From a virus: a stretch of 64,000 bases of DNA. Of this stretch, positions 29,539 to 39,478 are shown piece by piece. How positions within the stretch are numbered: the stretch's first letter is position 1; each line of letters begins with the position of its first letter. The stretch covers positions 1 to 64,000 of the IMG/VR virus record IMGVR_UViG_3300017987_000073; one strand, written 5' to 3'. Position numbers and translations under genes: made by a program. The notes below the pieces were generated by a model, which was not told where the DNA came from, searched no databases, and saw only the letters and a program-made list of their open reading frames with translations.

Positions 29539-31740
29539 CTAATCGGTCCAGACCGCGGACCGATCCTCGTCGTCCCACCGGTGCACCGTCACGACCGAGT
29601 CGAACTCGCGCCGCACGTCCGCGTGGGTGATCAGGAGCACTTGCCTGATCCCGAGGTCGTTCATCTTTCGCCTCAAAAGCCCGTGGAGCGCCGCTCGGTT
29701 CGGCTCGTCCAGCGCCCCGTCCGGTTCGTCGATCAGCAGGTGCTCGCACCGCACCGCCCGGATCGCCCCGGGCAACGTCGCGAGTCCCAGCCTCGCCCCG
29801 AGCGAGAGGAGGACCTTCCCACCCCCCGAGTCCAACTCGAAGGAGCTCTCGTTTCCCCCGTCCTCCACCTCCAGACGGAGCTCGTCCCGCCGGCGCTTCC
29901 GCCGCGGCGCCCCGCAAACCTTGCACACGTGCGTCCGCTCGCCCTTCTCGAACGCCTCGCCGCACGCCAGACACCCCGGCTCCCAGTCCTTGAGCTCACG
30001 GGTCGGCTCGAACCGGAGACGAAGCGTCGTCCCGAGCACCTCGAGCACCGAGTTCATCGCGTCCTCCGCCACCCCGAACGCGTTCTCGAGCTCCCGACTC
30101 GGAATCCCACTCGCGCCGAACGCGTAGCTCGTCCAGGCCAGCCTAGAGATCCGCTCCCTGATCTCCTCTCGCTCGGACGCGATCCCATCGAGCTGCTCCC
30201 TCGCGCGCTCGTACTCGGCGACCGCGGCGCGAGCGTCCGCCGCCCGCCGCTCCAAGTCGTCCCGGTGCTGCACCGCTCCGTCGCACCGCTCCACCGCCTC
30301 GGCAAGGTCTCGCACCACCCGAGCGTCGATCCCCGGGATCTCCTCGATCCGCTTCTCCAGTCGCTCCAGGTCGCGCTCGATCGGGTCCTCTCGCTCCAGA
30401 GCCGCGCTCGCCTCCTTCAACTTCCGCTCCACCTCCGCGAAGTTCCGCTCCGCCTCCTCCGTCCCCGGGCGCTTCCGCGCCTCCTCGAGCTCGTCGACGG
30501 AGCTTTCCAACTTTCTCCGGAACCTCGAAGCCTCGCTCGACCGATCCTCGGCCGCCTCGATCTCCCGCTCCAGGCGCTCGAGCGCCCGACGCGTGGTCAG
30601 ACCCTCCCGCTTGATCTCGTCGAGAACCGACGAGTCCGCCTCGATCCGGTCGCACGCCTCGCGCAGTACCGGACACACTCCCGTTCTGGTCTTCTCGAGC
30701 TCCTTGTACTTCTCGAGCAGGGAGTTCCGTCGATCGGCGTTCTCGTCCCGCTCCCGCTTCAAGCGGATCACCTCGTCCCGGACTTTGGCGAGATCGTCGC
30801 GCACCGCCCGGAGCGCCTCCTCCTCCACCTCGAGCGTCCGAACTCGCTCGTCCCGCTCCCTGGCCTCCCTCACCGCTTGCTTGGCCCTGGTCAACGCGAA
30901 CTCCGCGTTCCGGTGGTCGCTCTCCTTCTTCCGAGATCGTCGGTCCCACTCCTCCCGAAGATCCTCGAGCTCGCGCTCGAGCTCCCGTCGGCGACCTTGC
31001 TCCTCGTCCTCCGCCTTCATCGCCGCCTTGAGCTCGCGAACCCGCTCCTCAGCCCGATCGACCTCGACCCTCGACCTATCGAGCTCCGCGACCAGTCCCT
31101 CGAGCTCCTCGGCCCGAGCGTCCCCGTCGTTCAACACCTCCTCGAGCTCTCGCTCCCGACGATCCAACGCGCGCAGGTCCGATCGCGCCGCGTTCAACCG
31201 CTTCCGCGCCAGGTCGGCGCGAGGTACCCACCTATCCGTCCGGAACCAGGGGGAGACGATCCGCCGCTTCTCCGCCGGCGTCGCCTTCAGGAACCCGTGG
31301 ATCTCCCCCTGGACGAACGCGTTCGTGTTCAGGTACTCGTCATAGGTCAACCCGAGGATCTCCCGCTCGACCGCCCGCTTCAGATCCTCGTCCGAGATCT
31401 TCGATCCGTTGAGCTCTCTAATCGGGTCTCCACCGGCGGTCCGCCCCCGCTTGATCGACCACTCCCGAGCGTCCGAGCTCTCGACCTCCACCTCGACGAA
31501 CGCGTCCTCCTGCCCTCGAGCGAGTCGGTGGGCGAAGTCGTCCACCCGCTTCCCCCGGAACTCCCCGTGGAGCGCGTACATCGGAGCGTCCACCGCGAAG
31601 AAAGACTTCCCCGCCCGGTTGCTCCGAACCTCGCTGTCCTCGTACCTGGCGATCACCACGGTGGGCCCGAGCGGAAGCTCGACCGACCACTCCCCCAGAA
31701 ACGGCCCGGCGTTCGTCACTCCTATCCGTCGATAGATCAC
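29539..31740 (-). CDS. SbcC/Rad50-like ATPase
   Basis: NRAGKS, FVQGE, coiled coil with CPVL hook-like motif, SGGGK, LLIDEP, LITH. Confidence 0.92.
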   Translation of the reverse strand: MIYRRIGVTNAGPFLGEWSVELPLGPTVVIARYEDSEVRSNRAGKSFFAVDAPMYALHGEFRGKRVDDFAHRLARGQEDAFVEVEVESSDAREWSIKRGRTAGGDPIRELNGSKISDEDLKRAVEREILGLTYDEYLNTNAFVQGEIHGFLKATPAEKRRIVSPWFRTDRWVPRADLARKRLNAARSDLRALDRRERELEEVLNDGDARAEELEGLVAELDRSRVEVDRAEERVRELKAAMKAEDEEQGRRRELERELEDLREEWDRRSRKKESDHRNAEFALTRAKQAVREARERDERVRTLEVEEEALRAVRDDLAKVRDEVIRLKRERDENADRRNSLLEKYKELEKTRTGVCPVLREACDRIEADSSVLDEIKREGLTTRRALERLEREIEAAEDRSSEASRFRRKLESSVDELEEARKRPGTEEAERNFAEVERKLKEASAALEREDPIERDLERLEKRIEEIPGIDARVVRDLAEAVERCDGAVQHRDDLERRAADARAAVAEYERAREQLDGIASEREEIRERISRLAWTSYAFGASGIPSRELENAFGVAEDAMNSVLEVLGTTLRLRFEPTRELKDWEPGCLACGEAFEKGERTHVCKVCGAPRRKRRRDELRLEVEDGGNESSFELDSGGGKVLLSLGARLGLATLPGAIRAVRCEHLLIDEPDGALDEPNRAALHGLLRRKMNDLGIRQVLLITHADVRREFDSVVTVHRWDDEDRSAVWTD

Positions 31741-31768
31741 GCCATCCTCCTGAGTCTCGAACTCCGCT

Positions 31769-32161
31769 TCATTCTCGATCCCCCGAGTCCGCGGCCCGGG
31801 CGAGCTTCGCGGCGAACTTCACCAGCCCCTTCGGGTCGCTCGGCTTCGTCTCCTCCGCGAAGAGACGGAGCGACTCCTCGATCGTCAGCTCCACCTCGTG
31901 GCGCGCGTCCCGCTTCACCTTCCGCCGCGCGACGTGCACCGTCGGCACCTTGCAGTAAATCGCGCCGGCCTCCAGGATCTCCGTCCGGAGCCCGTGGCGA
32001 TCCACCTGGTCGGAGAGCTCCTCCGACACGTAGACCACCGGCTTGACCCGAGCACCGGCGACCGACTCCGGGATCGCGAACCTCCCGTTCCACCCCGTGT
32101 CGAGCTCCCACCTAACCTCGAGCGTCGGGTCCGCCCCGGTTTCGATGAAGCGATCCCTCAT
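31769..32161 (-). CDS. probable detached C-terminal domain of SbcD/Mre11
   Basis: begins RFIET, as expected after the KG.. strand that ends the upstream nuclease ORF. Confidence 0.55.
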   Translation of the reverse strand: MRDRFIETGADPTLEVRWELDTGWNGRFAIPESVAGARVKPVVYVSEELSDQVDRHGLRTEILEAGAIYCKVPTVHVARRKVKRDARHEVELTIEESLRLFAEETKPSDPKGLVKFAAKLARAADSGDRE

Positions 32162-32430
32162 ACCCCCTCCTGATCTCGCATCACCTCGAGCACGTCGTTG
32201 AACTCTCGGCGAAGCTCCGAGAAGAGCCGCTTGACCCCGTCCGGAACCGTGTCCCCCGGCTCCAGGGTAACCGAGGCCCCCAAGTTGATCGCGAGGGACT
32301 CGAATTCGGCGACCCGGTACTTCCGCTCGAGCGAGAGCCACACTCGATCCTGCTCCACCGGCGCGCTCGGAGCCTGGACCCCGAATCCCCCCGGTGGTGG
32401 TTTCAACTTCTTCAACCTCTTCTCGTCCAT
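32158..32430 (-). CDS. small phage protein (90 aa)
   Basis: SD and ATGA coupling; KYRVAEFESLAINLG. Confidence 0.65.
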   Translation of the reverse strand: MDEKRLKKLKPPPGGFGVQAPSAPVEQDRVWLSLERKYRVAEFESLAINLGASVTLEPGDTVPDGVKRLFSELRREFNDVLEVMRDQEGV

Positions 32431-32431
32431 C

Positions 32432-33169
32432 TCATACCTCCGCTAAGATCATCCCCTTCGGATCGTCGGCCTCCCCGAAGTCCACGTGAATCGAGGAGCC
32501 CACGACATTCACCTTCCCGACCTCCTGGTGCTTGTGCACGTGCCCGGCGTACACCCGGATCACCTTCTTGCTCTTGATCAGACGCGCCGGGATCGAGACA
32601 CCCGTGTCCCGCTGCACCGGGTCGAACTCCCCGAGCTTGACCCCCGGGACCTCCAGGTGCGAGAAGACGACGATCGGGAGGTCGGCCTTCTTCAGGATCT
32701 CCTTGGAGCTCTCCTCCAGGTACTCCTCCGCGCTCCCAGCCTCGCGCCGGAGCGCCCGGTCGTCCGTCACGTGGGGCAGGAAGACCAGAAGGTGGTCCTC
32801 CACCCGGTGACTCGAGACCCACTCCTCCACCGAGACCCGGTCGAAGTATCCCTCCAGCGGAACGAAGGGGTCGAGCGGGTGCGACAACCCCCGAGTCGGG
32901 TGGTCGTGGTTCCCGACCAGAAGGAACGCGCGCCCCGAGGTCCTGGAGGCCCACTCGGCGACCTCGACGAAGTACCTCATCGCCACCTCGTAGACCGCCG
33001 GCGTCGGGCGCGAGTTGTGGAAGAGATCGCCCAGGTCGACGTAGACGTCCGGTCGCTCCCGCCTGAGCACCTCCACGATCCCCCCGAGCACCCGCTCCTG
33101 CTCCTCGAGTCGCTCCATCCCGTCCGAGACGAGCCCGAGGTGCTTGTCCCCGCTGATCAAGATCCTCAC
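32432..33169 (-). CDS. SbcD/Mre11-like metallophosphoesterase nuclease
   Basis: GDKHLG, LGDLFH, GNHD, SH, GHVH, GS..DFGE. Confidence 0.9.
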   Translation of the reverse strand: MRILISGDKHLGLVSDGMERLEEQERVLGGIVEVLRRERPDVYVDLGDLFHNSRPTPAVYEVAMRYFVEVAEWASRTSGRAFLLVGNHDHPTRGLSHPLDPFVPLEGYFDRVSVEEWVSSHRVEDHLLVFLPHVTDDRALRREAGSAEEYLEESSKEILKKADLPIVVFSHLEVPGVKLGEFDPVQRDTGVSIPARLIKSKKVIRVYAGHVHKHQEVGKVNVVGSSIHVDFGEADDPKGMILAEV

Positions 33170-33456
33170 GACTCCCCCCTCGTCTCGAGCACCGCCTTCA
33201 AGATCTCTTCCTCGCGGAAGTCGAGCTCGACCTCCCCGAGCGCGATCTTCTTGACCTCCCGGAAGTACGCGACCGTGGCGGCCGCCAGCTTCAGGAGCTT
33301 CCGGTCCTCGTCCGGCAGACCGAACTCCCCCGCGAGCGTCAGCGCCGCGCAGACCAGATCCGCCGCGTGCAGAACGTCCGACCCGAGGTCCCCCCTCCAG
33401 TTGCACGCCCGGAGGAACGCCTCGAAGCGCGTCAACCTACTCTCTGAACTCGTCAT
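33166..33456 (-). CDS. hypothetical protein
   Basis: coupled ORF. Confidence 0.55.
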   Translation of the reverse strand: MTSSESRLTRFEAFLRACNWRGDLGSDVLHAADLVCAALTLAGEFGLPDEDRKLLKLAAATVAYFREVKKIALGEVELDFREEEILKAVLETRGES

Positions 33457-34615
33457 TCAACTCCTCCGCCATCTTCTCCCAGTTGCGCTTGACCGCGCCG
33501 TTCTCGTCCGGCGGCGCCTCCTCCTTGAGCCAGGTCAGAAACTCCGCCTTGCTCCCGGCGAGCCGCTCGTCGCCCTTGAAGTACCCCTTCCCCGTCCGGT
33601 GCTTCACCAAACCGCGCGTGATCGCCTCCTCCCGCACCTCGCGGGCGAAGTCGAGTCCCAGGGGCGTTTGATTCGTCGCCCCCACTGACGAGTAGAAGTA
33701 GGCTACCTCGTTCAAGTGCGGCCCGAGGGAGTTCTTGACCACCTCGAGCTCGTGCTTCTCACCCACGAGGACCTTGTCATCCTTGTTCTTCACCTCCGCC
33801 TTGACCCGGCCGCAGGACGTCACCCGACAGATCCACCCCCCGTCGTAGATCGGGGACTCCCCGCCCTTGACTTTGTAGGTCCTCTGCCCGGGCATCGTGT
33901 CCATCCGCTTCGACTCCCGCTGAACGAAGACGAGGATCTCGTCTCTGTTCAACGTGGGGATCAACTTGTCGAGCCACTTGGAGGTCAGGAGGGCCCGAAG
34001 CGGATAGCCCCGCGCCTCGACCTTCCCCTTCAGGAGCTCCTCGAGCTCGCTGGAGGGCGTCAATCGGTTGACGGAGTCCACCGCGATCGCCAGGAACGCC
34101 CCCTCCGGGAGTTCCCCGCCCTCCTTGGCCTTCTTGAACTTGGCCCGGTACTCCTCGATCTTGGCGATGCACTCCTCGTAGGTCCGCGGCTTGTAGTAGG
34201 CCACCTCGTCGAGCGCCCCGCAGATCGTCGAGAACCACTTGAGGTCAACCGCCCGACACTCCGCGTCAACGAAGAGCCCCCACCCCCCGGTGGCCCACGC
34301 GTCGTAGAGCACCTCGGCCGCGAAGAGCGTCTTCCCACCCTGGCTCGGTCCGTGGACCACCCCGAGCATCCCCCCGGGTATCCCGCCACACTTCAGCCCC
34401 CGGTTCAACGAGGTGAAGCGCGTGGGACACACGAGGGGCGGCGGGATCTCGCTCCAGAGCTGGAAACCCTCGATCGACCTCACCGCCTTGGAGAGCGTCT
34501 TGCTCCGAGCCGAGACGGGCGGGGGACGAACCGAGGCCACCTCCTCGGAGGTCGCCGGCTCGGCGGCCTCGGTCGTCTCCCGCTTCACTCGGCGGGACTT
34601 GCCCTTCTGCGCCAT
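33437..34615 (-). CDS. RecA/UvsX-like recombinase
   Basis: GGIPGG, GPSQGGKT, FVDAE, VDSV, VVKN. Confidence 0.88.
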   Translation of the reverse strand: MAQKGKSRRVKRETTEAAEPATSEEVASVRPPPVSARSKTLSKAVRSIEGFQLWSEIPPPLVCPTRFTSLNRGLKCGGIPGGMLGVVHGPSQGGKTLFAAEVLYDAWATGGWGLFVDAECRAVDLKWFSTICGALDEVAYYKPRTYEECIAKIEEYRAKFKKAKEGGELPEGAFLAIAVDSVNRLTPSSELEELLKGKVEARGYPLRALLTSKWLDKLIPTLNRDEILVFVQRESKRMDTMPGQRTYKVKGGESPIYDGGWICRVTSCGRVKAEVKNKDDKVLVGEKHELEVVKNSLGPHLNEVAYFYSSVGATNQTPLGLDFAREVREEAITRGLVKHRTGKGYFKGDERLAGSKAEFLTWLKEEAPPDENGAVKRNWEKMAEELNDEFRE

Positions 34616-36018
34616 CAGAAGGGACTCCCGTCGTCCGGCGCGTACTTGGCGTCACAGTCGGGGTGAGGACACTCGATCGCGTCCTGGGGCACCGGCTCCC
34701 GGCACTTCGGGCAGATATCGTAATCCTCACCCTCGCCGGGGGTCCATCCGAGCTTCTTACTCGGAGCCTCCTCCTTGACCATCTTCTCCCGTGGCTTGCG
34801 CTCGGTCTTCTTCTCCAGCTTCTTCTCCTCCTTGGGCTCCTCCTTCTTCGCCCGCCGCTTCGACTTCTCCTCCTTGGGCTCCTCCTTCTTCCGACGAGTC
34901 CGTCGCTCGACCTTCGGCGGAGGCTCCTCCTCCTTCTCCTCCTCGCCCTGGTCGTCCTCGCCCTGGTCCTGGTCGTCCTCGCCCTGGTCGTCCTCGCCCT
35001 GGTCGTCGCCCTGGTCCTGGTCGTCGCCCTGGTCCTGGTCGTCCTCGCCCTGGTTGTCGCCCTGGTCCTGGTCGTCCTCGCCCTGGTCGTCGTCACCGTC
35101 CTTCGCGCGCTTCGACTTCCCGCCCTTCGACTCCTCCTCCTTCGGCTTCTTGAACGTTGCCGCGTCCACCTCGACCTCGAAGTCGTCGAGCACGATCGCG
35201 GCGTTGAGCACCGCGCACATCGCGTCGGGATCGTCGAGCTTGATCTCGTCGTCGAGGTCCGGCGGCTCGGCGTCGAGGATCGCCATCAGCTTGGAGTCCT
35301 TCTCCAGACGCTTCGCCTCCTGCGGCCGCGCCCTGGCGGAGTACATATCAGTCCCCTGCTCGTTCTCGTCGAACGTCAGGATAAACGGATACGGTGTGAT
35401 AAAGGGGTTCCCCTCCTCCTCGCCGCTCTCGTCGATCTCCGACTCGATCTCCTTCCGGATGTCGTTCCCGAGCGACTTCGCCCCGGATAGAATCTCGGCC
35501 TTGAGATCGGGCGGGCGGTTACCCTTCGAGTCCTCCACCATCACCGCGACGCAGACGAAGTCGCTCTGCGGGACCAGTCGCTTCCGGAAGTTGTACCCCT
35601 CCCAGCCGAGGATCTCACCTTTGCAGAGATCCATTTTGTTCCGCCCGCTCCCCACCGAGATCACGATATCCTCCGCGTCGATGCTCTTGTCCTCCTTGAG
35701 CATCTTCCGGAGCTTGGCGAAAGGATCCTCCTTCGGATCGTTCGAGACGTTGTAAGGCACCGTGACGACCTTGACCTTCGGTTTCCGCTTCGAGTCGTCA
35801 CGCTTCCGCTTGCCCTCACCTTCGCCCTCCTTCTCCTTGACCTCGACCTCCTTCGGAAACCAGACCCGAAGTCGATCCACGATATCCGTGTCCGGGTGAA
35901 GCACGACCTTCGCCTTCGGTCGCCAGTCCATCCGATCGGTCCTCGAGCGCGTTTTGGTCGCCTTGCGGAGCTTCTCCATCTTCTCCCGAGCTCGCTTGAT
36001 CCTTTCTTCCTTCGTCAT
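34615..36018 (-). CDS. gp32-like ssDNA-binding protein with long acidic repeat, Zn ribbon and SSB-like tail
   Basis: context between RecA and UvsY-like; (GEDDQDQ)n; CPKC..CPHPDC; ends DDGSPF. Confidence 0.6.
   Translation of the reverse strand: MTKEERIKRAREKMEKLRKATKTRSRTDRMDWRPKAKVVLHPDTDIVDRLRVWFPKEVEVKEKEGEGEGKRKRDDSKRKPKVKVVTVPYNVSNDPKEDPFAKLRKMLKEDKSIDAEDIVISVGSGRNKMDLCKGEILGWEGYNFRKRLVPQSDFVCVAVMVEDSKGNRPPDLKAEILSGAKSLGNDIRKEIESEIDESGEEEGNPFITPYPFILTFDENEQGTDMYSARARPQEAKRLEKDSKLMAILDAEPPDLDDEIKLDDPDAMCAVLNAAIVLDDFEVEVDAATFKKPKEEESKGGKSKRAKDGDDDQGEDDQDQGDNQGEDDQDQGDDQDQGDDQGEDDQGEDDQDQGEDDQGEEEKEEEPPPKVERRTRRKKEEPKEEKSKRRAKKEEPKEEKKLEKKTERKPREKMVKEEAPSKKLGWTPGEGEDYDICPKCREPVPQDAIECPHPDCDAKYAPDDGSPF
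34942..35093. repeat. coding tandem repeat built from 6-21 bp units (GCCCTGGTC(CTG)GTCGTCCTC)
   Basis: visible tandem array encoding G(E)DDQ(DQ). Confidence 0.9.
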
Positions 36019-36596
36019 TTCGTCTTCTCCTCGCCCCTCCGGGGCAGCATATCCGGTGAAATTCCACGACGGCGCTCGACTAAATCCGCCTGCTTCCTCA
36101 AGCTGGCCGACCTCGACTCCCACGCGGCGTGCATCTGCTTACACATATTCCGCTCGCGCTCGAGCTCACGCCTCGCCCGCCTCCACTCCCGGTAGTCGTT
36201 GACGTGCGCCGCGATCCAGTTCTCGATCAGGTCGGTCGTGATCTGACCGCTCATCCGCTTCTCGCGCTTGTCCCGCTCGAGCGCGTCCCGGGCGTGTTGC
36301 GACCACTCGGCGAACGCCGCACGCCAGTGAATCTCGAACTCGTCGAGCTCCTCGATCGCTACCTGGAGTAACATCCCAGAGCGCCGGAGGTTCGCCTCCC
36401 CCTCGTCGAGTGCCCTCAAAATCCTCTCAGCCGAGGCCCGCCCGTCCCCGAGCGAGAGGTCCCCCTCCAGCTTCTCCCAGACCTGCTCGATGTTCACGTT
36501 TCGTAGCCGCTGGTTGAGGAACGCGAACCGCTCGCCCCGCTTCTTGTGCTCGTCCAGCGCCGCGGACGAGGTCAATTTCTTCGTTCGTCTTCTCAT
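36015..36596 (-). CDS. UvsY-like recombination mediator (helical)
   Basis: IENWI..DY....AWESRSASLR pattern and gene context. Confidence 0.45.
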   Translation of the reverse strand: MRRRTKKLTSSAALDEHKKRGERFAFLNQRLRNVNIEQVWEKLEGDLSLGDGRASAERILRALDEGEANLRRSGMLLQVAIEELDEFEIHWRAAFAEWSQHARDALERDKREKRMSGQITTDLIENWIAAHVNDYREWRRARRELERERNMCKQMHAAWESRSASLRKQADLVERRRGISPDMLPRRGEEKTK

Positions 36597-36597
36597 C

Positions 36598-39478
36598 TCA
36601 CCCCTCTATAACCGCGATGCGGACGCGCGGCGACCTGCGGAGTTCGTCCAGCTCTGGAGGTCCGAGAACCCCCTTCGGGTTCGCCCGGATCTGATCGATC
36701 GCCTTCTGGACCTTCTTCGGGTCCCGAAGCCACTTCTTGTAACGATCGACCAACTTGACTCGTCGCTTCCGCTGCGAGACGAGCCACCGCGTCCAGTCCT
36801 TGCCCGGGTAAACCACCTCCAGGATCCGCTGAGACGCCGGATAAATCACCTTGTCCCAGTAGTACTCGGGGTCGTAGGTGATCTCGTCGCTCTCCTCGTA
36901 CTCGTCCCTGGTCACCCCCTGGAGAGGAGACCCGGACTTCGTCACCACGTACTCAACCTTCATCCCGACGAAGAACTCCCGCCCGTGCTCCCGGATCTGC
37001 TCCGCCAACTTCACGTGGAGGGATTGACTCTTGTACCTGTCCGGCTCCTTGCTGATCCCCTTCCCGATCACCACGTCGTCGACCGTGAGCTCCCCGGCCA
37101 GACAACTGTCGAACGCCGGCTCGACGATCTCCCGCTCCATCTCGTCCGCGTCGATCCCCTTCATCAGGATCGCGTCGAGCACCGCCTTCTGGAGAACCCG
37201 CGTCTTCCCCGAGCAGTCCGAGCGCATCACCTCGAGCCCCTTGACCTCGACGTGGTCGGTCTTCCCGCCCTTGTGAGACAGCATCCGGCCGGCGTACCGC
37301 TTCTTCTTGACGAAGAAGATCCGGTCGAAGATATCCTCGAACTCCAGGAGGATCGCGTTCCACTCCAGGTTGCAGTTGCACTCCTTCAGGATCTCGACGT
37401 ACCGCTCCTGACAGTAATCGACGAACCGCTCCCCGATCGCGTTGAGCTCGGCGATCCGCTCCTCCTCCGTCGCCCACTCCTGGTCGGTCGGCGCCAGTTG
37501 GATGTACACCGAGTCCGTGTCACCGTAGAGCGGCGCGAACCCGTTGGCCCGGGCGAACTTCTCGGTCAGTTTGATGAAGAACTGACCGGAAAGGGTGATC
37601 GCCTCCGCTAACTCCGTGTCGTAGAACCGACTCCTCGAGTTCCCCATGTCACCGTAGAAGGACAGCCCGAGCCTCTTGAACGAGTAGGCGAGTCGGTAGT
37701 ACAGGAGGAACAGATCGTCCTGAGTCGTCCCCACCACCTCGAGCCGCTGCTTCTGGAGGTCGGTGTACTTCTTCCGCCGCTCGAGCGTCCTCTCGAACAT
37801 CTGGGAGATGTACCCCTGTTGATCGATCCGAAAGGTTGTCCCACCCTTGTGAACGACGACCGGCGACCCATCTTCACCCACCTTGTCCAGATCTATCTCA
37901 GGGATCCTGCACAGTTGCGTGGGGTCGAAATCCGGCCGAGATTCGGTCTTGACTATCGTCTCCGGCGAAATGTTGAAAGCCCGCACCATCGACGGGTACA
38001 GGCTCTTGAAGTCGAACGCCGCCACGTTTCGGTGCATCCCCACCTGGGGCGGGAAGACGTAAGCCCCCTCGTACTGGTCCGGCTTCCTCGGCGACCAGTA
38101 CCTCGTCCGGAAGTGATGACCCTCCTTGAAGCCCTTCTTCAGGAGAAGCTGATCCACCTTGGTGGAGATCTGGAAGTCGTTGGGAAACCCGTTGGCGATC
38201 CGGCAGAAGAGCTGCTCCACCATCACGAACCCGGTGAACGCCTCGAGCTTCCGGAGGATCGTCGAGTCCAACCGGTTGTACTCCTCCAGAAGCTCCGGCT
38301 CGTACCGGTACAGGTTGATGAACTTCGGCGTGATCCCCGGCCGCCGCTCCCGGAAGATCGTCCTCCAGTCCAGCTTCTTGATCTTCAGGACCTTGTCCCC
38401 GATCGAGTCCAGCGAGAACGAGATCGCGTCCCCACCGGCGCGGACGTAGTGCCGCTTGAAGATCGGCAGGGGGTCCACGAGGAGGTTGTACCTCCAGTCG
38501 ACGAAGATCTTGTGGTGGTAGAATCGATAGATCAGGACCGGGAAGTCGAACCCCGTCCCGTTCCACGCGCAGTGGACGTCGTACTTGCTCAGGCACCGCC
38601 TCTTGAACTCGAGAAGCATCTCCCGCTCGGCCTCGTCCGTCTCCTCCCGCAGGATCACGAAGCCCTGGTCGTCGGGGTCGTCCTCGACCCGGTCCCCCTC
38701 CCACGCTATCGACAGGATCCGGTTGTGCTCCTTGTTGTCGAAGCCACCGACGGAGTCGTCCGTCTCGATGTCGATGAATCCCATGTGAAACTTGGGGTTG
38801 ATCCGAATATCGTAGTCCGTGAGGAAGCGTTGCTTCGGCGTCAGGTCCGCCTCGAGCGGCTCGACTCCCTTCCGGTCGCACCACCGGAGCGTCCAGTGAA
38901 CGTCGGTCCACCGGTCCCGGTCCTGCGGAAACCTCACCGCCTGCGGCCGCTCCCCGAGCCAGAAGGCGTCGGCCCAGTGACCCCCGTACTCCGGGTCCCC
39001 TACCCGCTGAAAGTACCGCTTCCGGTTGAACTTGGGGAAGTTCTGCTCGATGTAAACTCGATAGTAAAGCTCCGGAAAACGCGGATCAGGCTCGACCCGC
39101 TTCGCGTGGTTTCGACAGAGCCAGGCCCACTTATCCTCGGGCACCTTCCGGTAGTCCTCCGCCGTGATGTAGAAGTACCACTCGAACGGGTGGACCTCCT
39201 TCACCCGCCTCCCGGTCGCCGGGTCCCTCGTCAGGAGGACGATATCCTTCCCGTCCGACCACCCGTGGTAGTAGTAGGTGTGAGGGTTGAAGACGAAGGA
39301 GGAGTCCTTCATCTCGTCGAAGTCAGCCGCCTCCGCGAGGTCCTCGAACGCCCGCTTGTCCTTGACCTTCTTGGAGTCGATCGCCTGCTCGTACTGGGCC
39401 CGGTGCTCCACCTTCTCCGAGAGGTCGTCCTCGAGCGCCTGGGTGTCCGAGTCCTGGATCAGGTCAGCGCCGGCTCGA
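36598..39478 (-). CDS. family B DNA polymerase (start unresolved; probably fused to upstream UDG-like domain)
   Basis: DIETD, NGTGFD, YNRLD, DFKSLYPS, KRLGLSFYG, YGDTDS, KKRY. Confidence 0.95.

Noticed and set aside
29365-32046. 893-aa plus-strand ORF
   Set aside because: Antisense shadow of SbcC caused by GC-rich codon bias; no motifs
34942-35093. Tandem repeat as CRISPR or DGR element
   Set aside because: In-frame low-complexity coding repeat; no spacers and no reverse transcriptase in the window
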